This document shows positions 10,369-20,056 of a DNA stretch of 64,000 nt, piece by piece; within the stretch, counting starts at the first letter, position 1; each line of letters opens with the position of its first letter. The notes beneath the pieces are model-generated. The model did no database searches, was not told the origin of the DNA, and saw nothing but the letters and a program-made list of their open reading frames with translations. A program made the translations under genes and the position numbers. Location: positions 18,582 to 82,581 of the forward strand of contig CAWBCI010000073.1 in assembly GCA_963787195.1 (NCBI GenBank), in the 5' to 3' direction. This stretch comes from an uncultured Bacteroidales bacterium. GTDB taxonomy: Bacteria; Bacteroidota; Bacteroidia; Bacteroidales; JAGOPY01.

Positions 10369-10848
10369 TTAATCTTCAATTATTTTAAAAGAAGAGCAGG
10401 AAATAGAAAACTGCGGTTTGTGATAATAATTGGTATGGTCGGCATCAGCAGTTTCAGTCTTTTCCATTGATTCAGCTGCTACAGCTTCATCTTCTGCAAT
10501 AGGTTCAACAATACCCTGAACTGTAATAGTATTTCCCTGCAGTTCGGTATCGAATACATTCACTATGTCGCTGGCTGTGATCTTTACCCTGATATCAGGA
10601 TTACTTCCTACCAGGAATAATTTTTTTCCGCCATGTGCGCAAACATGAACAACCATTCCCTGCACCTGAACCGTTTTACCGAGAAGGTCGGCAGCAACAT
10701 CCTGAAATTCTTCCAATTTAAGAACTTTAACATCAGTACTGCTTTCCATTTTTGCCTTTGGGCTGGCTTTTTTATCCTGTGCGTATGTGCTGTTGAGTCC
10801 GATTAAAAGACATAACGCAACTGCGAAAGTTGTGATTCTCTTGATCAT
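10369..10848 (-). CDS. Exported hypothetical protein
   Basis: It has a signal peptide and is 159 aa. I do not recognise a family. Confidence 0.5.
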   Translation of the reverse strand: MIKRITTFAVALCLLIGLNSTYAQDKKASPKAKMESSTDVKVLKLEEFQDVAADLLGKTVQVQGMVVHVCAHGGKKLFLVGSNPDIRVKITASDIVNVFDTELQGNTITVQGIVEPIAEDEAVAAESMEKTETADADHTNYYHKPQFSISCSSFKIIED

Positions 10849-10908
10849 AATTTTTTTCTTATTTAATTAATTTAGGTTAATTACCTGCAAATGTATGAAT
10901 TTTGGAAT

Positions 10909-12468
10909 TCATTCTGCAGAATTATTATCGCTGTAAACATTCATTCCGTCATATTTTATTTCTGTTCCGTTTTGGTAGGAAATAACCAGGAATGGAGTAC
11001 CGTCATAATTGTAAATCACCCAGTTACCGTTTTTCAGGCCCATAACATAGTCCCCTTCATCTTTTTTATTTCCATTATCCCAATAATAAACATGATGCCC
11101 GTGAGGATTATCTTCTATATATTTTCCTTCAAACCGCAGGACTTTTTTCTCGTTTTCCGAATCCGGAAGGTCATAATATTTCCATAGTCCGCTTCTCATG
11201 CCCTCAGCATAATTACCTTCAACTTCTGCATCGGCAATCTTGTAATACCAGGGGCCATCTTCCTCGCCCTCAATATAATTTCCCTTGGTAATTATATTTC
11301 CCTCCCTGTCATATTCGGTCATTTCACCGTCGAGAAGACCTTTGTAATAACTTTCATCGCGCAACAGTTCACCGCTATCATAGTACCACTTCCAGGCACC
11401 TTCCGGTTTTCCATCTGCAAAACTTCCCTCCTGCTCCAGGGAACCACTCCGGTGATAAAACTTCCAGTCACCAGTCTTTTTATCTTTATCATAATGACCT
11501 TCTGCCTTCAGCTTTCCATCATCAAAATACTCTTTCCACTTCCCGTCTCGTTCCCCCTTTTCTGTTACGATGCCTTCCCCGATAAGTGTACCGTCCTTGA
11601 ATATATAAGAATTCTCTATGGTTCCGTCAGGAGCGAATTCACGCCTGATGCCTTCAGGTTTTCCTGCTTTGTTATAAGTTGCACTTACCTTGACTTTTCC
11701 ATCCGGATAATAATCTTTACGCACATCAAGCTTCACCAGCTCGGCCACATCTTCCTTTTTGGTTCCGTTCATGTATTTGGCAGTAGTAAGAAGATTTCCA
11801 TCCTGGTCATATTCTTTGAAATATCCATTTTCAAGCCCGTGCGTATAACTGCCTTCCTTTTTCAATATGCCGTTCGCGTAATAATATTTCCAGACACCAT
11901 TTTTCTGGCCGTCATTATCAAAACGGTTAATTATTTCCCTTTCGACAATAAATCCGCTTTTGTAAGTGATCAGGGTAATGACCCGGCCATCTTCAGCATA
12001 TTCCTTAGCCAGTCCCTGCTCCAGGCCATCACTGAAGTTTGTGGATTTTTTAAGCTTTCCGTTTGGATAATATTCATTGGTAGGTCCCTGCTTGATATCA
12101 TCCACAAAATTCTCTTCAATCATACCGTCCTCCCGGTAAGTTTTCCTGGGACCGTTTTTCTTTCCGTTTTTATAATTGATGATGAGTTTCAATTTACCCA
12201 CATCATCATAAAATTTCCAGGTACTGTCGAGTTCAAAGTTTTTCCGGTTTCCTTCCGAAATCAGGATACCCGCCTCATTGTATGTTTTCCAGTAAGCATC
12301 CGGTTTTCCGTCCTTCAACATGCCTTCACTTGACTTATTCCCATTCGGATAATAGAATATGTTGTATCCATTGGGATTGACTTCCTGCTGCTGTGCTGAT
12401 ACCAGCAAGGGTATGCCAAACAGGACGGCGATCGCTATAAGAAGGTATCTTCTGATATGTGAGTTCAT
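10909..12468 (-). CDS. MORN-repeat-variant (YwqK-like) repeat protein
   Basis: It has a signal peptide. Many tandem repeats follow the pattern G.....Y.NGK....G.Y..GK..G.W..Y. Confidence 0.75.
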   Translation of the reverse strand: MNSHIRRYLLIAIAVLFGIPLLVSAQQQEVNPNGYNIFYYPNGNKSSEGMLKDGKPDAYWKTYNEAGILISEGNRKNFELDSTWKFYDDVGKLKLIINYKNGKKNGPRKTYREDGMIEENFVDDIKQGPTNEYYPNGKLKKSTNFSDGLEQGLAKEYAEDGRVITLITYKSGFIVEREIINRFDNDGQKNGVWKYYYANGILKKEGSYTHGLENGYFKEYDQDGNLLTTAKYMNGTKKEDVAELVKLDVRKDYYPDGKVKVSATYNKAGKPEGIRREFAPDGTIENSYIFKDGTLIGEGIVTEKGERDGKWKEYFDDGKLKAEGHYDKDKKTGDWKFYHRSGSLEQEGSFADGKPEGAWKWYYDSGELLRDESYYKGLLDGEMTEYDREGNIITKGNYIEGEEDGPWYYKIADAEVEGNYAEGMRSGLWKYYDLPDSENEKKVLRFEGKYIEDNPHGHHVYYWDNGNKKDEGDYVMGLKNGNWVIYNYDGTPFLVISYQNGTEIKYDGMNVYSDNNSAE

Positions 12469-12469
12469 G

Positions 12470-13441
12470 CTATTTATTCAGCTTGATATTTTTCGAAATT
12501 TCGAGCATCCTTTCGATGGGTATCCGGGCTTTTCCGATAACTTCATCCTCCAGCCTGATTTCTGGCTTTTCGTACTTCAGACAAAGGTACAATTTCTCCA
12601 GGGTGTTCATTTTCATATAGGGACAATCATTGCAGGTACAGGTTTCATCCGATGGTACTATGATGAATTCCTTGTCGGGCGATGATTTCTGCATCTGGTA
12701 AAGTATCCCGCTTTCGGTTGCCACTATGAATTTCTTCGCCGGATCTTTAACGGTATAATTCAGCAGGGCCGTTGTGGAGCCGATGAAATCAGCTAATTCC
12801 AGCACCTGGGCTTTGCATTCAGGATGGGCTATGAGTTTTGCATCCGGATTTTCTATTTTCAGATTGATGATAGCTTCGGTCTGAAGTATGTCATGTACCT
12901 GGCAAGTTCCGTCCCATAATACCATATCCCTGCCGGTGATCCGGTTCACATAGCCGCCAAGATTCCGGTCGGGTGCAAAAATAATGGGCTGATCAGCCGG
13001 GAAAGATTCAACGATGCCAACCGCATTGCTGGAAGTACAGATGACATCCGACATGGCTTTAACTGCAGCTGAACAGTTGATATATGAAATTACTACATGG
13101 CCCGGATATTTTTCTTTAAATTTTGAAAATTCCTGAGGCGGACATGAATCGGCCAGAGAACATCCGGCCATCAGATCGGGAAGCAATACTTTGGCTGAAG
13201 GATTTAATATCTTTGCCGTCTCAGCCATAAAATGAACTCCGGCAAAAACTATAATTGATGCATTGGATGCAGCCGCTTTTTGTGATAATCCCAGGCTGTC
13301 CCCAACAAAATCGGCAATTTCTTGAATTTCAGATACCTGGTAATAATGAGCCAGTAAAATGCCGTTTTTTTCTTTAAGCATTTTCCGGATCTCCGTTTTA
13401 TAATCTAATTGCAGTTTCAAGTCTGCAGTATCATTTTTCAT
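12470..13441 (-). CDS. nadA: Quinolinate synthase NadA
   Basis: The sequence shows LLAHYYQ, FVGDSLGLS and VFAGVHFMAETAKIL, plus conserved Cys residues. The length is 323 aa. Confidence 0.9.
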   Translation of the reverse strand: MKNDTADLKLQLDYKTEIRKMLKEKNGILLAHYYQVSEIQEIADFVGDSLGLSQKAAASNASIIVFAGVHFMAETAKILNPSAKVLLPDLMAGCSLADSCPPQEFSKFKEKYPGHVVISYINCSAAVKAMSDVICTSSNAVGIVESFPADQPIIFAPDRNLGGYVNRITGRDMVLWDGTCQVHDILQTEAIINLKIENPDAKLIAHPECKAQVLELADFIGSTTALLNYTVKDPAKKFIVATESGILYQMQKSSPDKEFIIVPSDETCTCNDCPYMKMNTLEKLYLCLKYEKPEIRLEDEVIGKARIPIERMLEISKNIKLNK

Positions 13442-14080
13442 AGTTAAATACAGATTGTGAGATATTTGGGAGCGTTTAAAATTTTTGACATATTTCCATC
13501 CATTTATGAGACTAAGATATACATTAAACAGCTCCTGTGTTTATTCATCATTTTTGAAGTTTTCAATAATTCTTATTATTATATTTTACTTAAAAGAATT
13601 TATGTTAATGTATTATTCGCTGTTAAGAGGTTCATAAATTCAGGACACTTATTTTGAATTTCTGACTTATCCAATTTTATTAACAGTATAACGAAAAAAA
13701 ATCCGGTCTATGTATAGGGATATAAATGTTTTAGCCTGATATTAACAAGATGTTAATAATGATGAATGTTAAAAAGTACATTCCTTGTCAGGCCGGATAA
13801 GATGTTAAGAAAGTCTTCATCAGTTTTAATAACTAGCAATTTTTAAGCCAGCCCTGGCCAAAATATCACAGTTTCTTTGTTTTTTACTTAGTTAATACCA
13901 CTTATCAGACAAAATTAACAGTATAAAATGAACAATTGTTAATAAATGTTAAAATTGTAGGTATCAAGATCTAATGATTTTCCGGGCCCAGAGTAAGTTC
14001 AATTTTTTGTTAAGAATGAATAGCAGACATTGACCCATGGGCATATGAATTACTTACATTTGTTTAATTATTTATAAATC

Positions 14081-14524
14081 ATGACAGAAAAGAAGGATAT
14101 TATACCAATAGCTTGTGATCACGGCGCTTTTGAAATGAAGGAATATATTGTCCAGAAGCTACTTGAAGATGGTTATGAGGTAAAAGATTTTGGAACCAAT
14201 AGCCTGGAGAGCGTTGATTATCCTGATTTCATTCATCCCCTGGCTAAGGATGTGAATGATGGTAAATATAAAAAAGGTATTATACTGTGTGGAAGCGGAA
14301 ACGGGGCCCAGATGGTAGCCAATAAATACCCGAATGTAAGGGCCGCCTTATGCTGGAGAGAAGAAATAAGCAGGCTTGCAAGGCAGCATAACGATGCCAA
14401 TATCATTTCACTTCCCGGACGCTTTGTTGCTTTTGACCTTGCATGGCAAATGGTCCTGATCTTCCTGAACACAGAATTTGAAGGGGGAAGGCATAGCAGA
14501 AGAGTTGAAAAGATATGTTTATAA
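14081..14524 (+). CDS. rpiB: Ribose-5-phosphate isomerase B
   Basis: IACDHGAFEMK, GILLCGSGNGAQMVANK and ARQHNDANIISLPGRF support the call. The length is 147 aa. Confidence 0.85.
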   Translation: MTEKKDIIPIACDHGAFEMKEYIVQKLLEDGYEVKDFGTNSLESVDYPDFIHPLAKDVNDGKYKKGIILCGSGNGAQMVANKYPNVRAALCWREEISRLARQHNDANIISLPGRFVAFDLAWQMVLIFLNTEFEGGRHSRRVEKICL

Positions 14525-14554
14525 TATTAGGAAAAATAGATAAATAGTTAAGGT

Positions 14555-15958
14555 ATGGAAATGTACAGGCAATTCCAGAAAGATTCGGAAAGGGTGGCTT
14601 TTGATCTGGTCCACAGGAATAAGATCAAATATAATATTTCGAAATATGACCTGGCTGTTCCAAAGGGAAAACAGCAATTTTCGGACCTGGAGCTTGCCAA
14701 ATACCGGGCAGCTAATATCAAGCATAAAATCCTGAATGACCTTGAAAAATACCTGATCGAATTTGAAGTAAATTTTGAGAAAAACGGCGGCAAAGTCATC
14801 TGGGCCCCCACTGCGAAAGATGCGGTAAGGGAAATCCTGGCCATTCTTAAAAAACATAAGGCTACATCGGTTGTAAAGTCCAAATCAATTATGACTGAAG
14901 AGCTGGACCTGAATGATATACTTGAAAAGCAAAAGATAGAACCTGTTGAGACCGATCTGGGTGAATACATCGTTCAGCTTGCCGGTGAAAAACCTTATCA
15001 TATCCTTACTCCGGCTATGCATAAGTCCAAAGAAGATGTGGCCAAACTTTTCAACGAAAAATTCGGTACCCCGGAAGATATGCAACCGCCTGAAATAACG
15101 GCCTTCGTGCGGGAAAAACTCAGGGAAAAATTTCAGACGGCCGAAGTGGGTATTACAGGTGCAAACTTTCTCCTGGCGGATGTGGGGGCTGTATGTCTGA
15201 CCGAAAATGAAGGGAATGCACTGATGTCGGTTTCCTTTCCCAAAGTCCATATAGCAATAGCGGGAATAGAAAAACTGATCCCTTCTATCAATGATCTGCA
15301 ATTATTCTGGCCCCTGCTGTCTACCTTTGGGACTGGACAGCGGATAACAGTTTATAACAGCATACTCTTCGGACCCAGGAAGGAAGGAGAAAGCGATGGT
15401 CCGGAGGAAATGTATGTGATACTGCTGGATAACCGGCGGACGGAAGTTCTGAAGCAGGAAAGACAGCGCAGGGCTTTGTCATGTATCCGTTGCGGGGCCT
15501 GCCTGAATGCATGTCCCATCTATAAAAATATAGGAGGTTATACCTATGGTTCTGTTTATACCGGTCCGATTGGTTCCGTGATAACTCCTTTCCTGGAAAA
15601 CTTCAAGGATTATAAACACCTTAGTTTTGCTTCATCCCTTTGCGGCAGATGTACAGAAACCTGTCCCGTAAAAATACCTCTGCATGAATTGTTGCTTTTG
15701 AACCGTAATGAAGCGGTTTTGGAAGGATATACTCCCGGGTCTGAGAAGTTTGTAATGAAAAGCATGAAAAATGTCCTCTTAAAAAGGTCATGGATGAATG
15801 TGGGAAATGCAGGATTAAAGAACGCTGCCCTGAGGAAATTTTTCAAAAAAGGATGGGGCCCATACCGGGATCTGCCGGTACTTGCGCCGAAATCATTCAA
15901 TAAATTATGGAAAGATCAGAATAATCAGCGCAGGAAAAACAAGGATGAGGAAATCTGA
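14555..15958 (+). CDS. LutB-like LUD-domain iron-sulfur protein
   Basis: It has a LUD/DUF162-type N-terminal part. Two ferredoxin-type motifs are present, CIRCGACLNACP and CGRCTETCP. Confidence 0.75.
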   Translation: MEMYRQFQKDSERVAFDLVHRNKIKYNISKYDLAVPKGKQQFSDLELAKYRAANIKHKILNDLEKYLIEFEVNFEKNGGKVIWAPTAKDAVREILAILKKHKATSVVKSKSIMTEELDLNDILEKQKIEPVETDLGEYIVQLAGEKPYHILTPAMHKSKEDVAKLFNEKFGTPEDMQPPEITAFVREKLREKFQTAEVGITGANFLLADVGAVCLTENEGNALMSVSFPKVHIAIAGIEKLIPSINDLQLFWPLLSTFGTGQRITVYNSILFGPRKEGESDGPEEMYVILLDNRRTEVLKQERQRRALSCIRCGACLNACPIYKNIGGYTYGSVYTGPIGSVITPFLENFKDYKHLSFASSLCGRCTETCPVKIPLHELLLLNRNEAVLEGYTPGSEKFVMKSMKNVLLKRSWMNVGNAGLKNAALRKFFKKGWGPYRDLPVLAPKSFNKLWKDQNNQRRKNKDEEI

Positions 15959-16144
15959 AATTTGTATAATTATATTGTTAATCAGTTTATTATATTTTAA
16001 GAGATATGTCTGCAGATTAGAATGAATATTTATAGATATAAATTGATATAATTAGATTTCCCAAATGATCATTCATATACATGATTCACTAAATTAGCCC
16101 TTTCAAGTATACACTTGAGAAGCGATCAAAACAAATAATTGATT

Positions 16145-16180
16145 AAAAAAGGCTGCATCCGTAAGGTGCAGCCTTTTTTT
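16145..16180. terminator. Bidirectional rho-independent terminator hairpin
   Basis: The sequence is AAAAAA-GGCTGCA-loop-TGCAGCC-TTTTTTT. It lies between convergent genes. Confidence 0.6.
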
Positions 16181-16211
16181 AAAACTTATGATCTGTTATG
16201 GATAAGATGTT

Positions 16212-16340
16212 AGTCGAATTGATCCCGAAAAGACGAAGTCTTATTCGGGATCTGATGGGACTAAATTCCCCGTTTCTTGAGACGAATAAGAGATATTTCC
16301 TTAAGATACCCCGCTGCTTGCAGCGGGGTAGTTTATTAAT
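16212..16340 (+). repeat. Structured intergenic repeat, copy 1 of 3
   Basis: It is near-identical to 37039-37166. It contains the 14-bp bulged hairpin GATCCCGAAAAGAC-GAA-GTCTTATTCGGGATC and the hairpin CCCCGCTG-CTTG-CAGCGGGG, and ends in GGGTAGTTTATTAA. Confidence 0.8.
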
Positions 16341-16385
16341 TAAAGGTATAATCAGAGAAGTACAGGAACTCCTCTGGATTCAATT

Positions 16386-17501
16386 TTAGGAATCAGAATT
16401 GCTATTCATTAATTCTTCCAGTTTTTTCCGAAGATCTTCACCACGCAAATTTTTAGCTATGATATAGCCTTGTTTATCGAGCAGTACATTAGCTGGGATC
16501 GACCGCACGCCGTATAGTTTTCCGGCAGCGTTATCCCATCCTGTAAGGTCGGAAACCTGATACCAGCTCAGTTTGTCATCTTTGATGGCTTTCAGCCAGC
16601 GCCCCTTATCCGTATCAAACGAGACACCCAGGATTTCAAAACCCTTGGGATGGAATTCATTGTAGGTGGCAACCAGATTGGGATTTTCGGCCCGGCAGGG
16701 AGCGCACCAGGAAGCCCAGAAATCAACCAGGAGGTAATTCTGACCTATCAGCCCTGATATGGGTAAGTACTGGCCGGTAGTATCCTGCATGGTAAAAGCC
16801 ACAAATAATTGACCTACAGCAGTTCTTTTCAGGGTCTTCAGATAATCTTTCAGCATCGGCATATAAACCGAACGGTTCAAAGTCGTATCGAAATTGCTGA
16901 CTACTTTATCCAGGTCAGATAAATCATAATCATAAGAATTCCTGTAAACGATATAGGGTGAAACAGGAGAGGTATTTCTCTCGAAGGCGAATTTTTTTAT
17001 GAATTCGGTTTTCTTTTTATAATAATCATCGATCAGGGAATCAAACTCATGCATTTTTGCTTTATCCCCTATTTCCTCGGCTTTCTTATAGATTTGATAA
17101 CTCTCTCTGACCTTGTAGTCGAATTGGTCCATAGCATCCAGGTAAGCATCATATTCCTTCTGACTCTTGGAGCCTTCAATCTTTGATTTATCAATATTAT
17201 GAGTATTTACGCTGATTGTGATTTTGGACGGCTCAATAAAGAATGGGATCAGCGATTTGGTTTCATGAATGTTAATATAATAGACTTCCGGAAAATCTAT
17301 TGTTCCTGTGAACTGGAATTTGCCATTGGAAATTTTGGCAGAATCAACGGATGTCAGTGGGCCATTGACTCTTTTCTGGAGATAGACCCATCCATCGAAA
17401 GTAGTATCCACTGTCCCTGTTATCGTATATTCATTTTTTACGGGCTTGTTGCAGGATGCGAGAAAGATTACCAAAATACTAAAAAACAAAAATCTTTTCA
17501 T
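16386..17501 (-). CDS. TlpA-family thiol-disulfide oxidoreductase lipoprotein (DUF4369 N-terminal domain)
   Basis: It has a lipoprotein signal (LASCN) and the thioredoxin motif WASWCAPCRAENPNL. Confidence 0.8.
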   Translation of the reverse strand: MKRFLFFSILVIFLASCNKPVKNEYTITGTVDTTFDGWVYLQKRVNGPLTSVDSAKISNGKFQFTGTIDFPEVYYINIHETKSLIPFFIEPSKITISVNTHNIDKSKIEGSKSQKEYDAYLDAMDQFDYKVRESYQIYKKAEEIGDKAKMHEFDSLIDDYYKKKTEFIKKFAFERNTSPVSPYIVYRNSYDYDLSDLDKVVSNFDTTLNRSVYMPMLKDYLKTLKRTAVGQLFVAFTMQDTTGQYLPISGLIGQNYLLVDFWASWCAPCRAENPNLVATYNEFHPKGFEILGVSFDTDKGRWLKAIKDDKLSWYQVSDLTGWDNAAGKLYGVRSIPANVLLDKQGYIIAKNLRGEDLRKKLEELMNSNSDS

Positions 17502-17582
17502 TTTAATATAAATTGAGTTAATAGAATCACAAAACTAATAAACAAATCATTATTAAGACCTTAAAAAGAGCAGTACTATGGG

Positions 17583-18098
17583 CTATCCGGATTTATTCCG
17601 GTAAAACAGAAATTGGGCTATCAGAATAAGGACTGTTGTAAATATCGTGTTAATAAGCACTTTAAAGAGAGTTATAAAGAATTCATTAAAACGGAAAATT
17701 TCAATATTGAACAAGATTAGGTGGTGCAGAAAAACCAGAATAAAGGTATAGGTTATGAACCACATTATCCCGAAATCACGGGCATTCGGGAATTGTCCGG
17801 GTTCCAGGTCTTCTTTTTTCCCTAAAAGCTTGATTACACCCGGACGGGCAAAGGCCATGAAAACAGAAGCTGCCGCGTGCATTCCTCCGGTATGCGAAAA
17901 AATATCTATGGTCAAACCCAGGAGGAAGGAAGATAAAAGCAAGAGCCATCCGCTGATCTCAAATGGCAACATCAGGATGAATATTACATATATATAGGGG
18001 TTCAGATAACCGTTCAGCATGATCTTATCGAAAACAAAGATTTGCAGCAGAACCAGTATGATAAACCGGAATATATTTCGGATCAGTAAACTATTCAT
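17583..18098 (-). CDS. mreD: Rod shape-determining protein MreD
   Basis: This polytopic 171-aa protein lies downstream of mreC and overlaps it by 4 nt. Confidence 0.75.
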   Translation of the reverse strand: MNSLLIRNIFRFIILVLLQIFVFDKIMLNGYLNPYIYVIFILMLPFEISGWLLLLSSFLLGLTIDIFSHTGGMHAAASVFMAFARPGVIKLLGKKEDLEPGQFPNARDFGIMWFITYTFILVFLHHLILFNIEIFRFNEFFITLFKVLINTIFTTVLILIAQFLFYRNKSG

Positions 18099-18925
18099 TC
18101 AGAAAGTTCATTTAGATTGAGTTTTTCCTGTTTGCTATGATTATCAATAATATAAACCCAGTAAATATTGTTATAATCGACTGAAAACCGGATCGTGGCC
18201 GTTTTGAAAAGTTGATTATCTTCTTCATAAATTTTTCCGACGACTCCCAGCATGATCCCCTCCGGGAAAATATCTGAATTACCACTAGTGACAATGGTAT
18301 CCCCTTTTTCCACATCCACATGCTTTGGGATATCTTCTATAAGTCCCGTACGATAGTTGATCCCCGGCCATGAAATGCTGACCATATGATTATTTTTCCT
18401 GATCCGGGCACTGATCCGGCTGCTCTTGTGAAGTATTGACATACCAGAGCTGAAGTGTTTGGAAACATTGGTGATGATACCTACGACCCCGTCATAATTG
18501 ATCACTCCCATATCTTTTTGAACCCCGTCGTCAGTTCCCTTGTTGACCATGAAGTAATTATTCCGTTTATTCACTGAATTACTGATTACTTTGGCGCTGA
18601 TGTAGCTGATATTGGAATCCGGTACCGGGAAGCCCTGTAAATCCCGGATATAACTTGTGTCTTTTGTTAATTGGTTCCTTAGTAAAGCATTCTCCTTTGC
18701 CAGTTCCTCATTGGCCTTTTTAAGGGAAAGGTAAGAGGTGATATTGTCATAAGTCTGGACTATGGTCCCTGTAAACAGGTTTGTGGATTTGAAGATGCGC
18801 GTATGCTGATAATGATCATTTTGATACACCCGAATGATTGAAATAGCCTCCAGGATGAGAAAGAGGAAGAAAAACCGGTATCTTGACAGAAAGGCTAATA
18901 AGTTGCGCATTATAACACTATCCAA
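18095..18925 (-). CDS. mreC: Rod shape-determining protein MreC
   Basis: It has an N-terminal TM helix, a coiled coil and a beta-rich C-terminal part. The gene order is mreB-mreC-mreD. Confidence 0.8.
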   Translation of the reverse strand: MDSVIMRNLLAFLSRYRFFFLFLILEAISIIRVYQNDHYQHTRIFKSTNLFTGTIVQTYDNITSYLSLKKANEELAKENALLRNQLTKDTSYIRDLQGFPVPDSNISYISAKVISNSVNKRNNYFMVNKGTDDGVQKDMGVINYDGVVGIITNVSKHFSSGMSILHKSSRISARIRKNNHMVSISWPGINYRTGLIEDIPKHVDVEKGDTIVTSGNSDIFPEGIMLGVVGKIYEEDNQLFKTATIRFSVDYNNIYWVYIIDNHSKQEKLNLNELSE

Positions 18926-18997
18926 AAATAGTTCCTACGGGGAAATAAACTTACAGTTCCGGTCCGGAAATTCCCGGGTCGGTCCGATTCCCTTGCT

Positions 18998-20020
18998 TTA
19001 TTTAATCAAGAAAGTAAATTTATCAAAGTTTTTCAGTGCGATGCCTGTGCCCCTGGCGACGGCCCTCAGGGGATCTTCCGCGACATGCACCGGGAGCTTG
19101 GTTTTCAGGTGGAGTCGTTTGTCAAGTCCGCGTAACATGGATCCACCTCCGGCCAGGTAAATGCCGGTACGGTAAATATCGGCCGACAGTTCAGGTGGGG
19201 TCATCTCCAGGGCATTCAACACAGCCGCTTCTATTTTACTGATGGATTTATCCAGTGCATGGGCAATTTCGGCATAATTTACCGTAATCTCCTTGGGGAT
19301 ACCCGTGAGCATATCCCGTCCATGAACAGCGAAATCGTCCGGCGGATTGTCAATGTCGGTCATGGAGGCCCCGACTTCAATTTTGATCCTTTCGGCGGTT
19401 CTTTCCCCTATGTTAATATTATGCTGTTTCCGCATGTATTCCTCTATGTCGGCATTGAAATCATCGCCGGCAATACGGATTGATTTATTATTTACGATAC
19501 CTCCCAGGGCAATAACGGCGATCTCGCTGGTTCCCCCACCTATGTCAATGATCATGTTTCCGGTTGGTTCCAGTACATCTATTCCAATCCCAATAGCAGC
19601 TGCCATGGGCTCGTGAATCAGCCTTACCTCCTTGGCCCCGGCTTGTTCAGCCGAGTCTTTGACGGCCCGCTCTTCCACTTCGGTGATCCCGGAAGGTATA
19701 CAGATAACCATTTTCAGTGCCGGCGGGAAGAGTGAATTTTTAAATCCGATCATTTTGATCATTTCACGGATCATAATCTCAGCCGATTTGAAATCGGCAA
19801 TGACTCCGTCCCTCAAAGGACGTATGGTACGAATATTTTCATGGGTTTTTCCATGCATCATCATGGCCTTCTTTCCCACTGCTATCACCCGGCCGGTATT
19901 CCTTTCAAGTGCTACGATCGATGGTTCATCCACCACTACCTTATCGTTGTATATGATAATAGTGTTGGCAGTTCCCAGGTCTATAGCGATTTCCTTGGTT
20001 AAAAATGAGAAAAGTCCCAT
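18998..20020 (-). CDS. mreB: Rod shape-determining protein MreB
   Basis: It is an actin-like ATPase with DLGTANT, EPMAAAIG and DIGGGTSE motifs. Confidence 0.95.
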   Translation of the reverse strand: MGLFSFLTKEIAIDLGTANTIIIYNDKVVVDEPSIVALERNTGRVIAVGKKAMMMHGKTHENIRTIRPLRDGVIADFKSAEIMIREMIKMIGFKNSLFPPALKMVICIPSGITEVEERAVKDSAEQAGAKEVRLIHEPMAAAIGIGIDVLEPTGNMIIDIGGGTSEIAVIALGGIVNNKSIRIAGDDFNADIEEYMRKQHNINIGERTAERIKIEVGASMTDIDNPPDDFAVHGRDMLTGIPKEITVNYAEIAHALDKSISKIEAAVLNALEMTPPELSADIYRTGIYLAGGGSMLRGLDKRLHLKTKLPVHVAEDPLRAVARGTGIALKNFDKFTFLIK

Positions 20021-20056
20021 CCTCTGTATATATTTATATGAAGCGTTATTTTACAA

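Noticed and set aside
11452-12333. A 293-aa + strand ORF.
   Set aside because: It is entirely antisense to the well-supported MORN-repeat gene (10909..12468). It is low complexity (Phe/Ile/Ser rich), which is the typical shadow ORF of a repeat gene.
14519-15301. Several - strand ORFs of 112-140 aa.
   Set aside because: They are antisense shadows of the LutB-like gene and show no domain signatures.
16198-16389. A 63-aa + strand ORF.
   Set aside because: It lies almost wholly inside repeat copy 1. The same sequence is intergenic or read on the opposite strand at the other copies.
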